Source: Snowella sp. (lineage in GTDB: Bacteria; Cyanobacteriota; Cyanobacteriia; Cyanobacteriales; Microcystaceae). Taken from it: DNA of 64,000 nucleotides. The DNA lies in contig JAYKGY010000129.1 of the NCBI GenBank assembly GCA_035285545.1, positions 15,047 to 79,046 of the forward strand, read 5' to 3'. This document shows positions 11,235 to 23,054 of this stretch, piece after piece (position 1 is the stretch's first letter; the number at the start of each line of letters is the position of its first letter). The notes below the pieces were generated by a model. It was not told where the DNA came from and did no database searches. It saw only the letters and a list, made by a program, of their open reading frames with translations. Both the position numbers and the translations under genes were made by a program.

Positions 11235-12257
11235 ATGTTTGGTCTTATCGGTCATCTTACCAGTTTAGAACACGCCCAATCCGTTGCAGAAGCTCTCGGT
11301 TATCCAGAATATGCCAACGAAGGCTTAGACTTTTGGTGTTCAGCTCCTCCCCAAATTGTTGATCATTTTCATGTCACCAGCGTTACGGGCCAAACCATTG
11401 AGGGAAAATATGTCGAATCCTGCTTTTTGCCAGAAATGTTAATGAATCGGCGAATTAAAGCAGCAATCCGTAAGATTTTGAATGCTATGGCCTTGTCACA
11501 GAAAGCAGGATTAAATATTACAGCTTTAGGGGGATTTTCCTCGATTATTTTTGAGGAATTTAATTTAAAAGACAATAACCAAGTTCGCAACGTTTCCCTA
11601 GAATTTGAACGGTTTACAACGGGCAATACCCACACAGCCTATGTCATTTGTCGTCAGGTTGAACAGGCTTCCGTAAACCTCGGCATTGATCTATCTAAAG
11701 CAACGATCGCGGTTTGTGGTGCAACAGGGGATATTGGCAGTGCAGTCTGTCGGTGGTTGGATAAAAAAACCGACGTTCAAGAATTATTACTCATCGCTCG
11801 CAACCAGGAACGTTTACAAGCGCTACAGGCTGAACTCGGTCGGGGTAAAATTATGGCCCTAGAAGAAGCCCTCCCCCAAGCGGACATTATTGTTTGGGTT
11901 GCCAGTATGCCCAAGGGAGTCGAAATCAATCCTGAAAACCTTAAAAAACCCTGTTTAATTATTGACGGGGGCTATCCTAAAAATTTGGATACCAAAATCC
12001 AGCATCCTGATGTCCATATCCTGAAAGGGGGTATTGTGGAACATTCCCTCGATATCGACTGGAAGATTATGCAAATTGTCAGTATGGATGTTCCGTCTCG
12101 TCAAATGTTTGCCTGTTTTGCCGAAGCGATTTTATTAGAATTTGAACAATGGCATACCAATTTTTCCTGGGGACGCAATCAAATTACGGTCAACAAAATG
12201 GAGAAAATTGGAGAAGCTTCGCTTAAACATGGCTTTAGCCCCTTACTGAGTTTTTAA
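11235..12257 (+). CDS. aar: Long-chain acyl-ACP reductase
   Basis: [39 protein letters not shown]. Downstream of ado. Confidence 0.98.
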   Translation: MFGLIGHLTSLEHAQSVAEALGYPEYANEGLDFWCSAPPQIVDHFHVTSVTGQTIEGKYVESCFLPEMLMNRRIKAAIRKILNAMALSQKAGLNITALGGFSSIIFEEFNLKDNNQVRNVSLEFERFTTGNTHTAYVICRQVEQASVNLGIDLSKATIAVCGATGDIGSAVCRWLDKKTDVQELLLIARNQERLQALQAELGRGKIMALEEALPQADIIVWVASMPKGVEINPENLKKPCLIIDGGYPKNLDTKIQHPDVHILKGGIVEHSLDIDWKIMQIVSMDVPSRQMFACFAEAILLEFEQWHTNFSWGRNQITVNKMEKIGEASLKHGFSPLLSF

Positions 12258-12373
12258 ACCTTATTTCTTGACTTAATACCCGATAAACGACGCTTTCTGG
12301 TGGGACTTCCTCCAACCTTTCAGTTAACATTAGTATAGATAGTATAACTTCAGACAAATTTATTTTTACGACC

Positions 12374-12874
12374 ATGACAGCCCAAACAACCGCATCGATT
12401 TATGAGTTTTCTGCCAATAGTCTGACCGGAGAACCGATTAATCTGGGTCAGTATAAAGACAAAGTTTTATTAATTGTCAATACGGCAAGCCAATGTGGTT
12501 TTACCCCCCAATACAAGGGGTTACAATCCCTTTATGATAAATATGCTGAACAAGGCTTTGTTGTTTTAGGTTTTCCTTGCAATCAATTTGGTCAACAAGA
12601 ACCTGGCAGCCCGACGGAGATTCAATCTTTTTGTGAAACCAATTTTGGGGTTTCTTTTCCGCTGTTTGAAAAGATTGAGGTTAATGGAAATAATGCTCAC
12701 CCGATTTTTCAATATTTAACCAAAGCGGTACCAGGGATTTTTGGCACAGAAAATATTAAATGGAACTTTACTAAATTTCTGGTTGATCGCCAAGGGAGTG
12801 TCGTCAAACGCTATCCCTCTATGACTAAACCCGAAGATATTGAAAAGGATATTGAAGCCCTATTAGGAGCTTAG
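12374..12874 (+). CDS. gpx: Glutathione peroxidase-like protein
   Basis: [30 protein letters not shown]. Confidence 0.95.
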   Translation: MTAQTTASIYEFSANSLTGEPINLGQYKDKVLLIVNTASQCGFTPQYKGLQSLYDKYAEQGFVVLGFPCNQFGQQEPGSPTEIQSFCETNFGVSFPLFEKIEVNGNNAHPIFQYLTKAVPGIFGTENIKWNFTKFLVDRQGSVVKRYPSMTKPEDIEKDIEALLGA

Positions 12875-14967
12875 GGGATAATTTGAACGGCGCAGGCTTT
12901 TAATTCCGGTTCTAGGGAAATCGGGCAAGCGATCGCGTGGGTTAAGGCATTGGCTTCAGCCCTATCTGCCCAGAGTGAACCCCAGTGCATGGGCACAAAT
13001 ACCGTTCCGGGTTTAATCCCAGAAGTGATTTTGATAGGAAAACGAGCCATTCCTCGCCGCGATCGCACGTTTACCGATTCTCCTTCGGTTAGATTAAGCG
13101 CGATCGCATCCTTGGGATGAATTTCTAAGAACGGTTGGGGGTGCATTTTAACGATTTTTTCGATGCGCCCTGTGCGGGTTTGGGTGTGCCAATGGCCGTA
13201 AAGTCGTCCTGTGGTTAGGACAAAAGGAAAATTTGGATCGGGGGGTTCTGCTAAACCTTTACTGTGAAAGGGAACAAACTTGGCTCGACCATCGGGGGTC
13301 GGAAATCGGAGATCGGTATAAAGGCGGGAACTTGTCTTTAAATTCGGTGACGTATTGGGATAGGGCCATTGCAACGGGCCATTTTTTAACCGCTCGTAAC
13401 TCATTCCCGTCATATCACAAAGGCGATCGCGGGTTAATTGAGCAAACTCCTGATACACCTCGGCGGAATGGGTAAAAGAAAATTGAGCCTGGAATCCTAA
13501 ACGACGACCCACTTCTGCAAAAATTTCCCAATCGGCTTTAGCTTCTCCGGGGGGCTGATGGAATGCCGAACAAAGGGTAACTCGCCGTTCCGAATTGGTC
13601 ATGGTGCCTGTTTTTTCCCCCCATTGGGCAGCCGGTAACAACAAATGGGCGTAGGCACTAGTTTCCGTCGGATAATAGGCATCTTGATACACCGTAAAAG
13701 GCGATTTGGCCAATGCCGCTTTTACCCGTTCCAAATCCGGCAGACTGACCGCAGGATTCGTCGCTGCAACCCAGAATAAGCCAATTTCTCCCTGTTCTAA
13801 TCCCATAATCATTTGCCAGGCATCTCGACCAGGATGGGGATTAATGGAACCCGACGGTAAGCCCCAGGCTTGTTCAATTTCCTGCCGATGGTGAGGATTA
13901 ATAATATGGCGATAGCCAGGGAGTAAATGGCTCAGTCCCCCAGCTTCTCTGCCTCCCATTGCATTGGGCTGTCCGGTTAAGGAAAATGGCCCCATGCCTG
14001 ATTTCCCAATTTGTCCGGTCATTAAATGCAAATTAATCAAAGAACAAATTTTGGCCGTTCCCTCTGAGGATTGATTCAGTCCCATCGACCAGAGTGAAAG
14101 CACCCGTTCCGATTCGGCCCAATAGTGGGCGGCTTGTTCTAATTCGTCTTGAGAAATGCCACAGGTTAAGGCAACTTTTTCAGGTGGATAATCAGCAATT
14201 ACCCTTTGGTAGTCGGTAAATCCCTGGGTATGTTGATTAATAAAATTTTGGTCTAACTTTTCCCAACGCAGTAATAAATGGGCAATGCCGTTGAGTAAAT
14301 CAATATCAGTTCCAGGCGCGATCGCGAGATATAAATCAGCAGCTTCAGCGGTTTTAGTGCAGCGGGGGTCAACGACGATTAATTTGGCTTGAGGATCGCG
14401 TTTGAGGTGTTTCTGTAGACGGTTAAAAATAATGGGATGACATTCCGCCGTATTGGTGCCAATTAAAAAAGCGCAGTCGGTTAAATCCAAGTCCTCATAG
14501 CAACAGGGCGGGCCATCAGAGCCAAAATTTAAGCTATAGGCCGAAACCGCCGAAGACATACACAGACGAGAATTGGTATCAAAATTATTCGTTCCTAAAC
14601 AGCCTTTGAGTAATTTTTGGGCAATATAATAATCTTCTGTTTGTAATTGTCCCGACCCATACATACAAATGCCATCAACCCCCTGGGTGGACTGAACCGT
14701 TTGAATGCGATCGCAAATTTTGCCAAAAGCCTCTTCCCAAGTAATCCGCTCGAAGGAATCGGACAAGTTTTCCCGAAACAGGGGATAGAGCAAGCGGTCT
14801 TTATCAATAGATTCCGCCACTGTCGCCCCTTTAACACAAACCATTCCCTGACTTGAAGGGTGAGCGCGATCGCCGATGACTTTCCAAGATTGATGGGCCG
14901 TAGAGGAAACGTCTAATCCACACCCGACACCACAATAGGGGCAAAGCGTTTTGGTTGAATCTGGCAT
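12871..14967 (-). CDS. narB: Ferredoxin-dependent assimilatory nitrate reductase
   Basis: CPYCGVGC 4Fe-4S motif, [20 protein letters not shown] molybdopterin motifs. NtcA box upstream. Confidence 0.95.
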   Translation of the reverse strand: MPDSTKTLCPYCGVGCGLDVSSTAHQSWKVIGDRAHPSSQGMVCVKGATVAESIDKDRLLYPLFRENLSDSFERITWEEAFGKICDRIQTVQSTQGVDGICMYGSGQLQTEDYYIAQKLLKGCLGTNNFDTNSRLCMSSAVSAYSLNFGSDGPPCCYEDLDLTDCAFLIGTNTAECHPIIFNRLQKHLKRDPQAKLIVVDPRCTKTAEAADLYLAIAPGTDIDLLNGIAHLLLRWEKLDQNFINQHTQGFTDYQRVIADYPPEKVALTCGISQDELEQAAHYWAESERVLSLWSMGLNQSSEGTAKICSLINLHLMTGQIGKSGMGPFSLTGQPNAMGGREAGGLSHLLPGYRHIINPHHRQEIEQAWGLPSGSINPHPGRDAWQMIMGLEQGEIGLFWVAATNPAVSLPDLERVKAALAKSPFTVYQDAYYPTETSAYAHLLLPAAQWGEKTGTMTNSERRVTLCSAFHQPPGEAKADWEIFAEVGRRLGFQAQFSFTHSAEVYQEFAQLTRDRLCDMTGMSYERLKNGPLQWPYPNTSPNLKTSSRLYTDLRFPTPDGRAKFVPFHSKGLAEPPDPNFPFVLTTGRLYGHWHTQTRTGRIEKIVKMHPQPFLEIHPKDAIALNLTEGESVNVRSRRGMARFPIKITSGIKPGTVFVPMHWGSLWADRAEANALTHAIACPISLEPELKACAVQIIP

Positions 14968-15040
14968 AGGGTCTGAGTTTGCTTAATCGACAGGGATTAC
15001 AGAACACCTATCATGGTCGGAAGACTGACCCGCTCAAAAT

Positions 15041-15054
15041 GTAATCTAAGTTAC
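15041..15054. promoter_or_regulatory. NtcA binding site upstream of narB
   Basis: Exact GTA-N8-TAC (GTAATCTAAGTTAC), 74 bp upstream of the narB start. Confidence 0.8.
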
Positions 15055-15315
15055 GATTTGCAGTGAATAATGCAGAAAAAGGATTAACATAATCGCTTTA
15101 TTGAATCAATGTCATCATCAAGGTACCCTGCAAACATCGCGATCGCGGTTCCAAAATCCCCCAATTAGACTCATTCCGATGAGGAGTAAATGGGAATTAA
15201 AGATACAATGGAGAATAGCCATCCTGCCCACCAACAGGCGAGTAAGGTCACTATCTAATTAAAAATGAATGAAGCCTCTACTGAGCTTTGATCAAAATGA
15301 TTCAATTTTATCAAC

Positions 15316-16119
15316 ATGATTAAAACCGAGTTAAAACCTGCGGTTTATTTTATTGGAGCAGGGCCAGGCGATCCCGATTTATTAACCCTAAAAGCCTACA
15401 AAATTTTGTCCCAAGCGGATGTCATTTTATATGCCGATTCCCTCGTCCCCAAACAGGTCTTAAAAGATGTCCGTGCCGATGCGGAGTTAATTCCAACAGG
15501 AAACAAGGTTCTCGAACAAATTTTACCCTTAATGATCGAAAAGGTCAGGGATAATCACATTGTCGTTCGACTTCATTCAGGAGATTTAACCTTATATAGT
15601 GCGATTTATGAGCAAATTAAGGCTTTGAGTGCTGCAAATATTGCCTTTGAACTGGTGCCTGGGATTAGTGCCTTTCAAGCAGCAGCAGCAAAATTAGGGG
15701 CTGAATTAACGGTTCCTGATTTAGTCCAAACCATTATTTTGACCCGTATTAGTGGGGCTGCATCTGCGGTTCCTGAATCAGAAGAGTTAGCCTCTTTAGC
15801 GGCCCATCAAGCCAGTCTTTGCCTTTATTTAGCAGCGCGTCATGTAGAAACAGCCCAAGCCAAGCTATTACAGCATTACCCTCCCGATACGCCCGTTGCC
15901 ATCTGCTTTCGCGTAGGATGGGAAGACGAAAAAATTGTCATTGTTCCTCTCGAAAAAATGGCAGTTACCACACAAGAAGAAAACCTCATTCGGACAACCC
16001 TGTATTTAATTAGTCCTGCATTAAGGGCGAGTCAATCCGTGCGCTCCCAACTCTATCACCCCAATCATTCCCATTTATTTAGACCGAAAAACTCGACCCA
16101 ACAACCGGAGGCTTTGTAA
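15316..16119 (+). CDS. cobM: Precorrin-4 C11-methyltransferase
   Basis: VYFIGAGPGDPDLLT, VRLHSGD, ELTVPDLVQTIILTR. Confidence 0.95.
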   Translation: MIKTELKPAVYFIGAGPGDPDLLTLKAYKILSQADVILYADSLVPKQVLKDVRADAELIPTGNKVLEQILPLMIEKVRDNHIVVRLHSGDLTLYSAIYEQIKALSAANIAFELVPGISAFQAAAAKLGAELTVPDLVQTIILTRISGAASAVPESEELASLAAHQASLCLYLAARHVETAQAKLLQHYPPDTPVAICFRVGWEDEKIVIVPLEKMAVTTQEENLIRTTLYLISPALRASQSVRSQLYHPNHSHLFRPKNSTQQPEAL

Positions 16120-16236
16120 CCTTCAGAGAAATCTCACTAACTCGATGAAAAATAGAACCCTGGATCGCTCAAAAACAAAGCCCCCAACTTGCAACTTGAG
16201 GGCAATTGTATTAAAAGTGAGTACGTTAATGAATTA

Positions 16237-16836
16237 TTAAACAGGACGTTCTTCAATGACTTTATCAATCAGACCATATTCAACCGCATCAGCTGCCGAC
16301 ATATAGTAGTCGCGATCGGTATCTTTGGCGATTTTCTCAATCGTTTGACCCGAACGTTCCGCCATAATTTCATTAAGTTGTTGACGAATACGGAGAATTT
16401 CTCTGGCTTCGATATCAATATCTGTTGCTTGTCGTCTACCCGTTCCGCCCAAGGGTTGGTGAATCATGATCCGAGCATGGGGAAGAGCCAAACGTTTACC
16501 CGGAGTCCCTGCGGCCAACAGAAAAGCTCCCATAGAAGCCGCTAAGCCGACACAGATAGTAATCACTTCGGACTTGATGTACTGCATGGTGTCATAAATC
16601 GCCATACCAGCCGTGACCGAACCGCCAGGAGAATTGATATAAAGATAAATCGGTTTGCTGGGATCTTCCGCATCGAGATAAAGTAAAAAGGCCACAATAC
16701 GGTTAGCAAGTCCATCGGTGACTTCTTGACCGAGGAAAATAATGCGTTCCTGGCTCAGGCGGGTGTAGATATCAATCCAACGCTCATACTGACTACCAGG
16801 AAGACGGTAAGGGACACTAGGAACACCGATAGGCAT
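16237..16836 (-). CDS. clpP: ATP-dependent Clp protease proteolytic subunit ClpP3
   Basis: [18 protein letters not shown] (catalytic Ser), IMIHQP. Downstream of clpR. Confidence 0.95.
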   Translation of the reverse strand: MPIGVPSVPYRLPGSQYERWIDIYTRLSQERIIFLGQEVTDGLANRIVAFLLYLDAEDPSKPIYLYINSPGGSVTAGMAIYDTMQYIKSEVITICVGLAASMGAFLLAAGTPGKRLALPHARIMIHQPLGGTGRRQATDIDIEAREILRIRQQLNEIMAERSGQTIEKIAKDTDRDYYMSAADAVEYGLIDKVIEERPV

Positions 16837-16898
16837 AGCAATTCGTTAAAAATAAAAGGTTAATAGTCAGAGAAACTAATAATGGGCAATTCACCGGC

Positions 16899-17564
16899 TT
16901 AACTTACCGCTGCGAGGGGTTTCGGAAGGTCTTTACGACTTTCTAAAACTTTATCGATCAAGCCATACTCTTTTGCTTGTTCAGGGGTGAGATAAAAGGT
17001 GCGGTCTAAATCTTTGGCAATTTTCTCGGTGGTCTGCCCCGTATTGCGGGAAAAAATTTCCAACATGGTGCGCTTATTATCTAAGACTTCTTTGGCCCGA
17101 ATTTGGATATCCGTTGCTTGACCTCTTGCACCTGTGCGGTTTTGATTGAGGACAATTGTGGCATGGGGCAAACTAGCGCGAAATCCTTTGGTGCCTGCCG
17201 ATAAAATCATGGCGGCGGTTCCCATTGCCTGACCGATACAAATAGTATGCACGGGAGGCTTGATGTAACTCATGGTGTCACAGATGGCAAAAGCTTCGGT
17301 TTCAAATCCGATCGCGTCGCCTGTGTACCAAGAAGTTCCCGTCGAGTTGATGTAGAAAAAGATGGGTTTATCGGGATCGTCGAACTGTAAGTAGAGGAGT
17401 TGAGCGATAATCAATTGCGTCACATCCATCCCCACTTGCTGCTTCACCTCATCGGAAGAAAACAGAGGCATTCCCAGATAGACAATACGCTCTTTGAGCA
17501 AGAGAGATTCTAAATCTGGAGGGGGGGTACGAAAGGAGACATCTCCGTAATAGGCACTTTGCAC
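16899..17564 (-). CDS. clpR: Non-catalytic Clp protease subunit ClpR
   Basis: RTPPPDLESLLLKERIVYLG. Catalytic Ser/His replaced (QAMGTAA, LNQ). GTG start with AAAGGA upstream. Confidence 0.93.
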   Translation of the reverse strand: MQSAYYGDVSFRTPPPDLESLLLKERIVYLGMPLFSSDEVKQQVGMDVTQLIIAQLLYLQFDDPDKPIFFYINSTGTSWYTGDAIGFETEAFAICDTMSYIKPPVHTICIGQAMGTAAMILSAGTKGFRASLPHATIVLNQNRTGARGQATDIQIRAKEVLDNKRTMLEIFSRNTGQTTEKIAKDLDRTFYLTPEQAKEYGLIDKVLESRKDLPKPLAAVS

Positions 17565-17799
17565 CGCTTTAATGTCCTTTGATCTGCGTTGGGTCTAAGT
17601 TTGTATTGTAACGTAAACAAGGAATGGCAAGCAGGTAAGCCAGGTATTTTGTATCATTATTGAGCTTTTTCTCGACAAAGCCAAGACAGCTTCTCTTTTT
17701 GAACTGTCAAGCTTGACGTTAAGTTGTGTCTCCCAAAAATATTTGTGGATGAGAGAAATTTTTTGATAATCTTAGGTCATTTCCCCCTAATCCCCCTCC

Positions 17800-18837
17800 A
17801 TGAAACTCATCTCCGTCATTGTTCCTGTCTATAACGTTGAAGCCTATATCCAAGAAACGATCCGCTCGGTTTTAGCCCAGACCTATCCCCATTTTGAATT
17901 GATTATTGTGGATGATGGTTCACCCGATCGCAGTATCGAACTTTGCCAACAGTTTACCGATGAGCGCATTAGAATTATTCACCAAAAAAATCGAGGATTA
18001 GCTGGAGCCAGGAATACGGGAATTCGTCACGCGAAAGGGGAATACTTAGCATTTTTGGACTCTGATGATCTCTGGCTTCCTGAAAAATTAGAGAAACATT
18101 TTCAGCATTTAGAAAACTCTCCAGAAGTCGGACTCAGCTTTAGTCGGTCGGCGTTTATCGATGCCAATGGTAACTCCTTGGGAATTTATCAGATGCCGAA
18201 GTTAACCAATATCCCCCCCTCCCACCTGCTTTGTCGTAATCCCATCGGTAACGGTTCAGCCCCTGTCATTCGTCGTGAAACCTTAGAAGCCATTCGGTTT
18301 CAGGAAAATCGTTATGGAACGGTGGAAGATTTTTATTTTGACGATTCCTTCCGTCGCTCTGAAGATATCGAATGTTGGATTCGCATCGCTGTTCAAACCC
18401 CTTGGAAAATTGAAGGCATTCCCGAAGCCTTGACCCTTTACCGAGTGAATGAAGAGGGCTTGTCTGCTAACGTGATGCAGCAATACGAATCCTGGGAAGC
18501 AATTATTCAAAAGACCCGCAGCTACGCCCCCGAATTAGTGGCTAAATGGGAAAATCCCGCTAGAGCCTATCAATTGCGTTATCTTGCAAGACGAGCAGTG
18601 CGATTTAAATCGGGCAAAACGGCGGTTGAATTGGTCAATCGAGCCTTAGCAACCCACTGGCAAATTATTCTCGCAGAACCGAGTCGTACCTTATTAACCC
18701 TCGGTGCCGCTTATTTTCTCTATTTGATGCCCTTACCGCTTTATAATCAAATTGAAGCCTTGGCGTTAAAAATAACAGGATATCTACAAAAACTTAAGGT
18801 TTCTCGGCAAATTAAATCCGCTAAAAATGGGAATTAA
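17800..18837 (+). CDS. Family 2 glycosyltransferase
   Basis: ISVIVPVYN, IVDDGS, AFLDSDD, SED motifs. Confidence 0.92.
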   Translation: MKLISVIVPVYNVEAYIQETIRSVLAQTYPHFELIIVDDGSPDRSIELCQQFTDERIRIIHQKNRGLAGARNTGIRHAKGEYLAFLDSDDLWLPEKLEKHFQHLENSPEVGLSFSRSAFIDANGNSLGIYQMPKLTNIPPSHLLCRNPIGNGSAPVIRRETLEAIRFQENRYGTVEDFYFDDSFRRSEDIECWIRIAVQTPWKIEGIPEALTLYRVNEEGLSANVMQQYESWEAIIQKTRSYAPELVAKWENPARAYQLRYLARRAVRFKSGKTAVELVNRALATHWQIILAEPSRTLLTLGAAYFLYLMPLPLYNQIEALALKITGYLQKLKVSRQIKSAKNGN

Positions 18838-18858
18838 TCCCCTTATTCACTCACAATA

Positions 18859-19302
18859 ATGAAAGTTTTATTAGTCGCTTCGACTGGAGGACATTTTAAG
18901 GCGTTACAACAACTCCGTCCTTTTTGGGAACATCAGGAACGCTGTTGGGTAACCTTTAAAACGGCAGGAACTGAACAGTTTTTAGCGCAAGAAAAGGTTT
19001 ACTGGGCTTTTAGTCCGACAAATCGCAATCTTCCCAACTTAATCCGTAATTTATTACTTGCCTTTACGGTTATTGTACAAGAGCGTCCCCAGTTAGTGCT
19101 TTCTACCGGCGCGGGGGTGGCGGTTCCCTTTATGATTTGGGGTAAAATTCTGGGCAGTAAAACAGCTTTTGTGGAATCCTACACCCGTGTCAATGAGTTA
19201 AGCCTATCGGCACGATTAATTTTGCCGTTTCTAGATAAAATTTATGTGCAATGGGAGCCGTTAAAACGCAAATATCCCCAGTCTGAATTAATTCATTTGT
19301 AA
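18859..19302 (+). CDS. Alg14/PssD/Cps14F-like glycosyltransferase partner subunit
   Basis: LVASTGGH, STGAGVAVP, VES.TR...LS, VQW motifs. Confidence 0.85.
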   Translation: MKVLLVASTGGHFKALQQLRPFWEHQERCWVTFKTAGTEQFLAQEKVYWAFSPTNRNLPNLIRNLLLAFTVIVQERPQLVLSTGAGVAVPFMIWGKILGSKTAFVESYTRVNELSLSARLILPFLDKIYVQWEPLKRKYPQSELIHL

Positions 19303-19384
19303 GCGTCTGTCAGAATTTAACCCGAAGGGGGGCGAGGCATTTGATATCATAGGCATGATTTAACGAAACGACTTTGCTGTACCT

Positions 19385-19741
19385 ATGTATTATTTGCCTG
19401 AACCGCCGTATTTTTTGGTTTTTGTGGGACTATTTGTGGGAATTACCTGTGGTTTAGCGTTTGAAGCGACGCTTAAGCAAAAGGTCAGGGTCTGGTTAAA
19501 TACCCCTGCTAGTACGTTAAAGGATTTAGATTTACAGCTTCCTTTTTTAGGCATTTGTATAGGGATCTGTGTATTTTTGTCTTCAGGTGTGGAGATCTTT
19601 TTAGGGAGCCGTTTCATTTCCTACGCGATCGCGCTTCCTGTCACGATTTTTATTGCGGCTTTGGTCTGGAGACAATTAGATAGTTTACTGAAGCAGTTAA
19701 AAGCCGGAGGCTCTAAAGCGATCGATTTGGACGTTTTTTAA
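19385..19741 (+). CDS. Conserved cyanobacterial small membrane protein
   Basis: PEPPYFL..G..CGLAF, three TM helices, ends GGSKAIDLD. Confidence 0.8.
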   Translation: MYYLPEPPYFLVFVGLFVGITCGLAFEATLKQKVRVWLNTPASTLKDLDLQLPFLGICIGICVFLSSGVEIFLGSRFISYAIALPVTIFIAALVWRQLDSLLKQLKAGGSKAIDLDVF

Positions 19742-19834
19742 ACACCGATTACCAAAATCGCCAGTACATCATTCATTCAAAACAGGCGATCGCAGATAAA
19801 TGGGTCGGCGATCGCTCATTTCTAGGCGTTAAGA

Positions 19835-20479
19835 TTAAGCCTTCAGTAATTCAATTTCACTGAATAAAAATTCGGTTTTTGTGGTTGTCCCCCCCGCATC
19901 AATTGCGTCAATCACTTGACTTGTGGGTAAATAATAGCCGCCAAAATCTTCATAGGTTTCCTGAAAATCCCGTTTGCCTTTGAGTTCTCCTGTTTTCGGA
20001 TTGCGAAAAATCGCATGATAACGGACAGAAATATAGCCATTTCCCGTATTTAAACTTTCTTCTGTATTGATCGTGAAGGCGATCGGCCCCATCACACGGC
20101 TGACTTGGCAAATCTCATCCCCCCGTACCTTGTAATTCGACCCCATCGCATCGCCTTGAACTAAAATTTCGACGGCTCCTGTCGGATCTTTTTGCCCAAA
20201 ACTAAACTGATTTTTTCCGTGAGCTTGCTCAAAACTATTACGCTTACGGTGGGTCACAATATCTCGAAGTTGATTATAAACGCTTTCTTTTACCGTATCA
20301 TCGGCAAAATCACTCACTTCCACACTGAGATCCGCCTTAACTTGGATCTTCCCCTGAAAAACTTCATCTCCCTGCTTAAGGGTTAAATGGGCCTGATAGC
20401 CTGGAAACGAACTATCCCAGGTGTAGCGATTTTCGTAGGCAGTGCGAAAGCGATCTTGGGCGGTTACGGTAGTTGTCAT
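19835..20479 (-). CDS. DUF3386-like protein
   Basis: FRTAYENRYTWD..FPGY, FEQAHGKN motifs. Likely ATG at 20479. Confidence 0.8.
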   Translation of the reverse strand: MTTTVTAQDRFRTAYENRYTWDSSFPGYQAHLTLKQGDEVFQGKIQVKADLSVEVSDFADDTVKESVYNQLRDIVTHRKRNSFEQAHGKNQFSFGQKDPTGAVEILVQGDAMGSNYKVRGDEICQVSRVMGPIAFTINTEESLNTGNGYISVRYHAIFRNPKTGELKGKRDFQETYEDFGGYYLPTSQVIDAIDAGGTTTKTEFLFSEIELLKA

Positions 20480-20537
20480 AATTCTAACGATCAAATTTTA
20501 GACGTGATTCTTTGATTGTTACCTAAAATCTTTGCCC

Positions 20538-22256
20538 TTAGGTAGAAAGTTTGGTTTCAATCCCATCGGTTTTCAGTACCGGCAGATGATCCAATAATGC
20601 GCTAAAGGTTACGGTGGAGCCTAAACCTTCTCCCATGCTAAAAAAAGCAATTGTGCCGCCCATTGCTTCGACTAACTTTTGGGAAATACTTAATCCTAAA
20701 CCCGTTCCGCCATAGGCTTTAGTACGAGAACCATCAATTTGCACAAATTTTTCAAATAATCTGGCTTGTTGGTCTAAGGCGACCCCAATACCCGTATCAG
20801 TAACGCTAATTTTGACTTTCCCTGGGAAAATTTGGTCTTTCCAGTCAATTTTTTGTTTAATCACTTCCGCTTTAACACTCACTTGCCCTTGGTGGGTAAA
20901 TTTAATGGCATTTCCCACTAAATTAAGTACGATTTGCAAAAGCCAGCGATAGTTTCCATAAATCGTAATTGGTGTCAGGGTTTTGGGTAAATTAATCTCA
21001 AAATCTAAATTTTTAGCCTGCGCTTGGGGGGTCGCAAAGTTACTAACCGCTTGACAGACTTCCGCAAGATCGACGGTACTCAGTTCCAAATCAATTTTTC
21101 CCGATTCAATTTTGGCGAGGTCTAAAATATCGTTAATTAAATTCAAGAGATGTAGGGCAGACTGATAGGCTTCTTCTAAAAATTCCTGGGCTTCTTCTTC
21201 GCTGTCGGTCATTCCATCCAAAACCAGCTTGAGAAAGCCGATAATGCCATTTAACGGGGTGCGGAGTTCATGGGTTGTATTGGCTAAAAATTCACTCTTG
21301 AGTTGAGAGGCTTCCTGGGCGGTTCGGGTGGCTTGTTCTAATTCATGATAGAGCGTGGCATGGGCGATCGCTGTCCCGACTTGTTCCGCTAATTCCTGAA
21401 GGGATTCTATCACCTGGGGACTCCAATACCGAGGGCGATCGCACTGTTGAATACAGATCAATCCATTACACTGCTGCTGGTAAAAAGTTGGCATCATGAG
21501 CATTGAGTAAGTTTGCCATCGATCTGGCTCTTCATAATCCATGAGCAACGGTTGGCAGCGTTCTAAAACACTCAAATCGTAATTTTCTAAAAGATCGGTA
21601 ATTTGTTGACTCCGTAAAGAAATGACCTGGGGTTGACAAAATTCTGCCTGAACTTGAAAAGTCATTAAACTGGGGTCTTTTGTTAACATCAAACAGCGGC
21701 TCACTTGCAACGCTTCACCGATCCCATTGACTGTTTCGTGCCAAATCGTCGGCAAATGCAAAGTACGACGAATTTTACGAGAAATTTGGGCTAAATGGGA
21801 CTGCTCCAACTCCACCGATGGCAAAGGTAAGGCAGGGGCAAACGGTAACCCGTCCGGATCGCAACGATAACCCATCACCAACAGCCGAGTCACAGCTTCT
21901 TGTCCCGACAAAATCGGGCTAAGGACTAAGGCTAGTGGAAAGCTTTGATTTTGATAAGTAAATAAACCCCGATAAGTCTCTGGGGTTCGGTTCTGAATCA
22001 CCCGTTGACAGCTTTCGGTATAAGCATCTACATCAATCGGGCCAAATCCCGCTTCAGGACTACGACCAAGCAGGGCTTGCTCCGTGATGCCATATTCCTC
22101 GGCAAATTTCCAATAAAAAGCTAAATACTGACCATTAATATCTTGGATAAACAATAACTCAGCACCCAATTCAGCCCTATCTATTGCCCCTAAGCCTGTT
22201 TGGCAATCAGAAATATTTTCACTGTTGTCATTAAATCGAGACAAGAGTGTACCCAT
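20538..22256 (-). CDS. Sensor histidine kinase (PAS-like, GAF, HisKA, HATPase)
   Basis: THELRTPLNG H-box, NLVGNAIKFT, DTGIG, GGTGLGL. GAF ends ELAEQVGTAIAHA. Confidence 0.93.
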   Translation of the reverse strand: MGTLLSRFNDNSENISDCQTGLGAIDRAELGAELLFIQDINGQYLAFYWKFAEEYGITEQALLGRSPEAGFGPIDVDAYTESCQRVIQNRTPETYRGLFTYQNQSFPLALVLSPILSGQEAVTRLLVMGYRCDPDGLPFAPALPLPSVELEQSHLAQISRKIRRTLHLPTIWHETVNGIGEALQVSRCLMLTKDPSLMTFQVQAEFCQPQVISLRSQQITDLLENYDLSVLERCQPLLMDYEEPDRWQTYSMLMMPTFYQQQCNGLICIQQCDRPRYWSPQVIESLQELAEQVGTAIAHATLYHELEQATRTAQEASQLKSEFLANTTHELRTPLNGIIGFLKLVLDGMTDSEEEAQEFLEEAYQSALHLLNLINDILDLAKIESGKIDLELSTVDLAEVCQAVSNFATPQAQAKNLDFEINLPKTLTPITIYGNYRWLLQIVLNLVGNAIKFTHQGQVSVKAEVIKQKIDWKDQIFPGKVKISVTDTGIGVALDQQARLFEKFVQIDGSRTKAYGGTGLGLSISQKLVEAMGGTIAFFSMGEGLGSTVTFSALLDHLPVLKTDGIETKLST

Positions 22257-22474
22257 AACAGATATCCATATTTAACGGGCATTAAAAGTAAATGAGTCAA
22301 TTTTAGAGTTAATTACTGCTCATTGTATTTTTTTTGATTAAAAACAGCAATTGTAAATGGTTATAAAGAATACTGTTGATAACACTAGTATGTATTGATA
22401 AATTTAAATCTCAGGTTTCTTGACTGAATAAAACGTACTAGATCCCGCAAAATTAGGTTATCAATCCTACTCGA

Positions 22475-22705
22475 TTAGTCATTCCACTCGCCCTTGGGAG
22501 GAATGGGGGGATTGCGTCTCAGACTACGGGTTAAATCATCGTCTCGGTTTGGTTCACCCCGTAACCATTGCTTAATCGCCGTTTCAATAATGCGACTTGG
22601 ATCGTTGGTTAAGTGTTTAATCTGCTCTAAAATCTCTGCATCCAAATGGATCGAGATTTCAACTTTTTCCGATATTCTTTGAGTTGATGTGATATTTTCG
22701 TTCAT
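22475..22705 (-). CDS. Small conserved cyanobacterial protein, ribbon-helix-helix-like
   Basis: KVEISIHLD..L..IKHLTNDPS..IE.AI.QWL; ends PPKGEWND. Confidence 0.7.
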   Translation of the reverse strand: MNENITSTQRISEKVEISIHLDAEILEQIKHLTNDPSRIIETAIKQWLRGEPNRDDDLTRSLRRNPPIPPKGEWND

Positions 22706-23054
22706 GTCTGTTGCCTCTTTCTTCAGTATTGATTGTACCCTGTCCCTTCCAAAATTCTAGCAGGGTACGGGCTATTCCTCTAGGTGTCTGATCCATTAAT
22801 CCATCAAGATTTCATTAACATCTTAGACTAGGAATTAATCTTTAAAAGTACGGCCATTAAGATAAATTCTGACAAAGTGGAATGTATTTTTGTAGCAAAA
22901 GTGGATGAGATTGAGAACACAAGCTTACGAAGTAATCGTTAGCTCAGATTAAAATCGGATTGAAGATAGATTTTTTTTAATGGATCTGTAATCAAGGTTA
23001 ATTCAAAATAATAAATTAACAAATTTGTTCGGAATAAACCTTAGGTTAGAACTC

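Noticed and set aside
12871..14967. narB separated from nirA and nrt genes
   Set aside because: A dispersed narB with its own NtcA site is seen in unicellular cyanobacteria.
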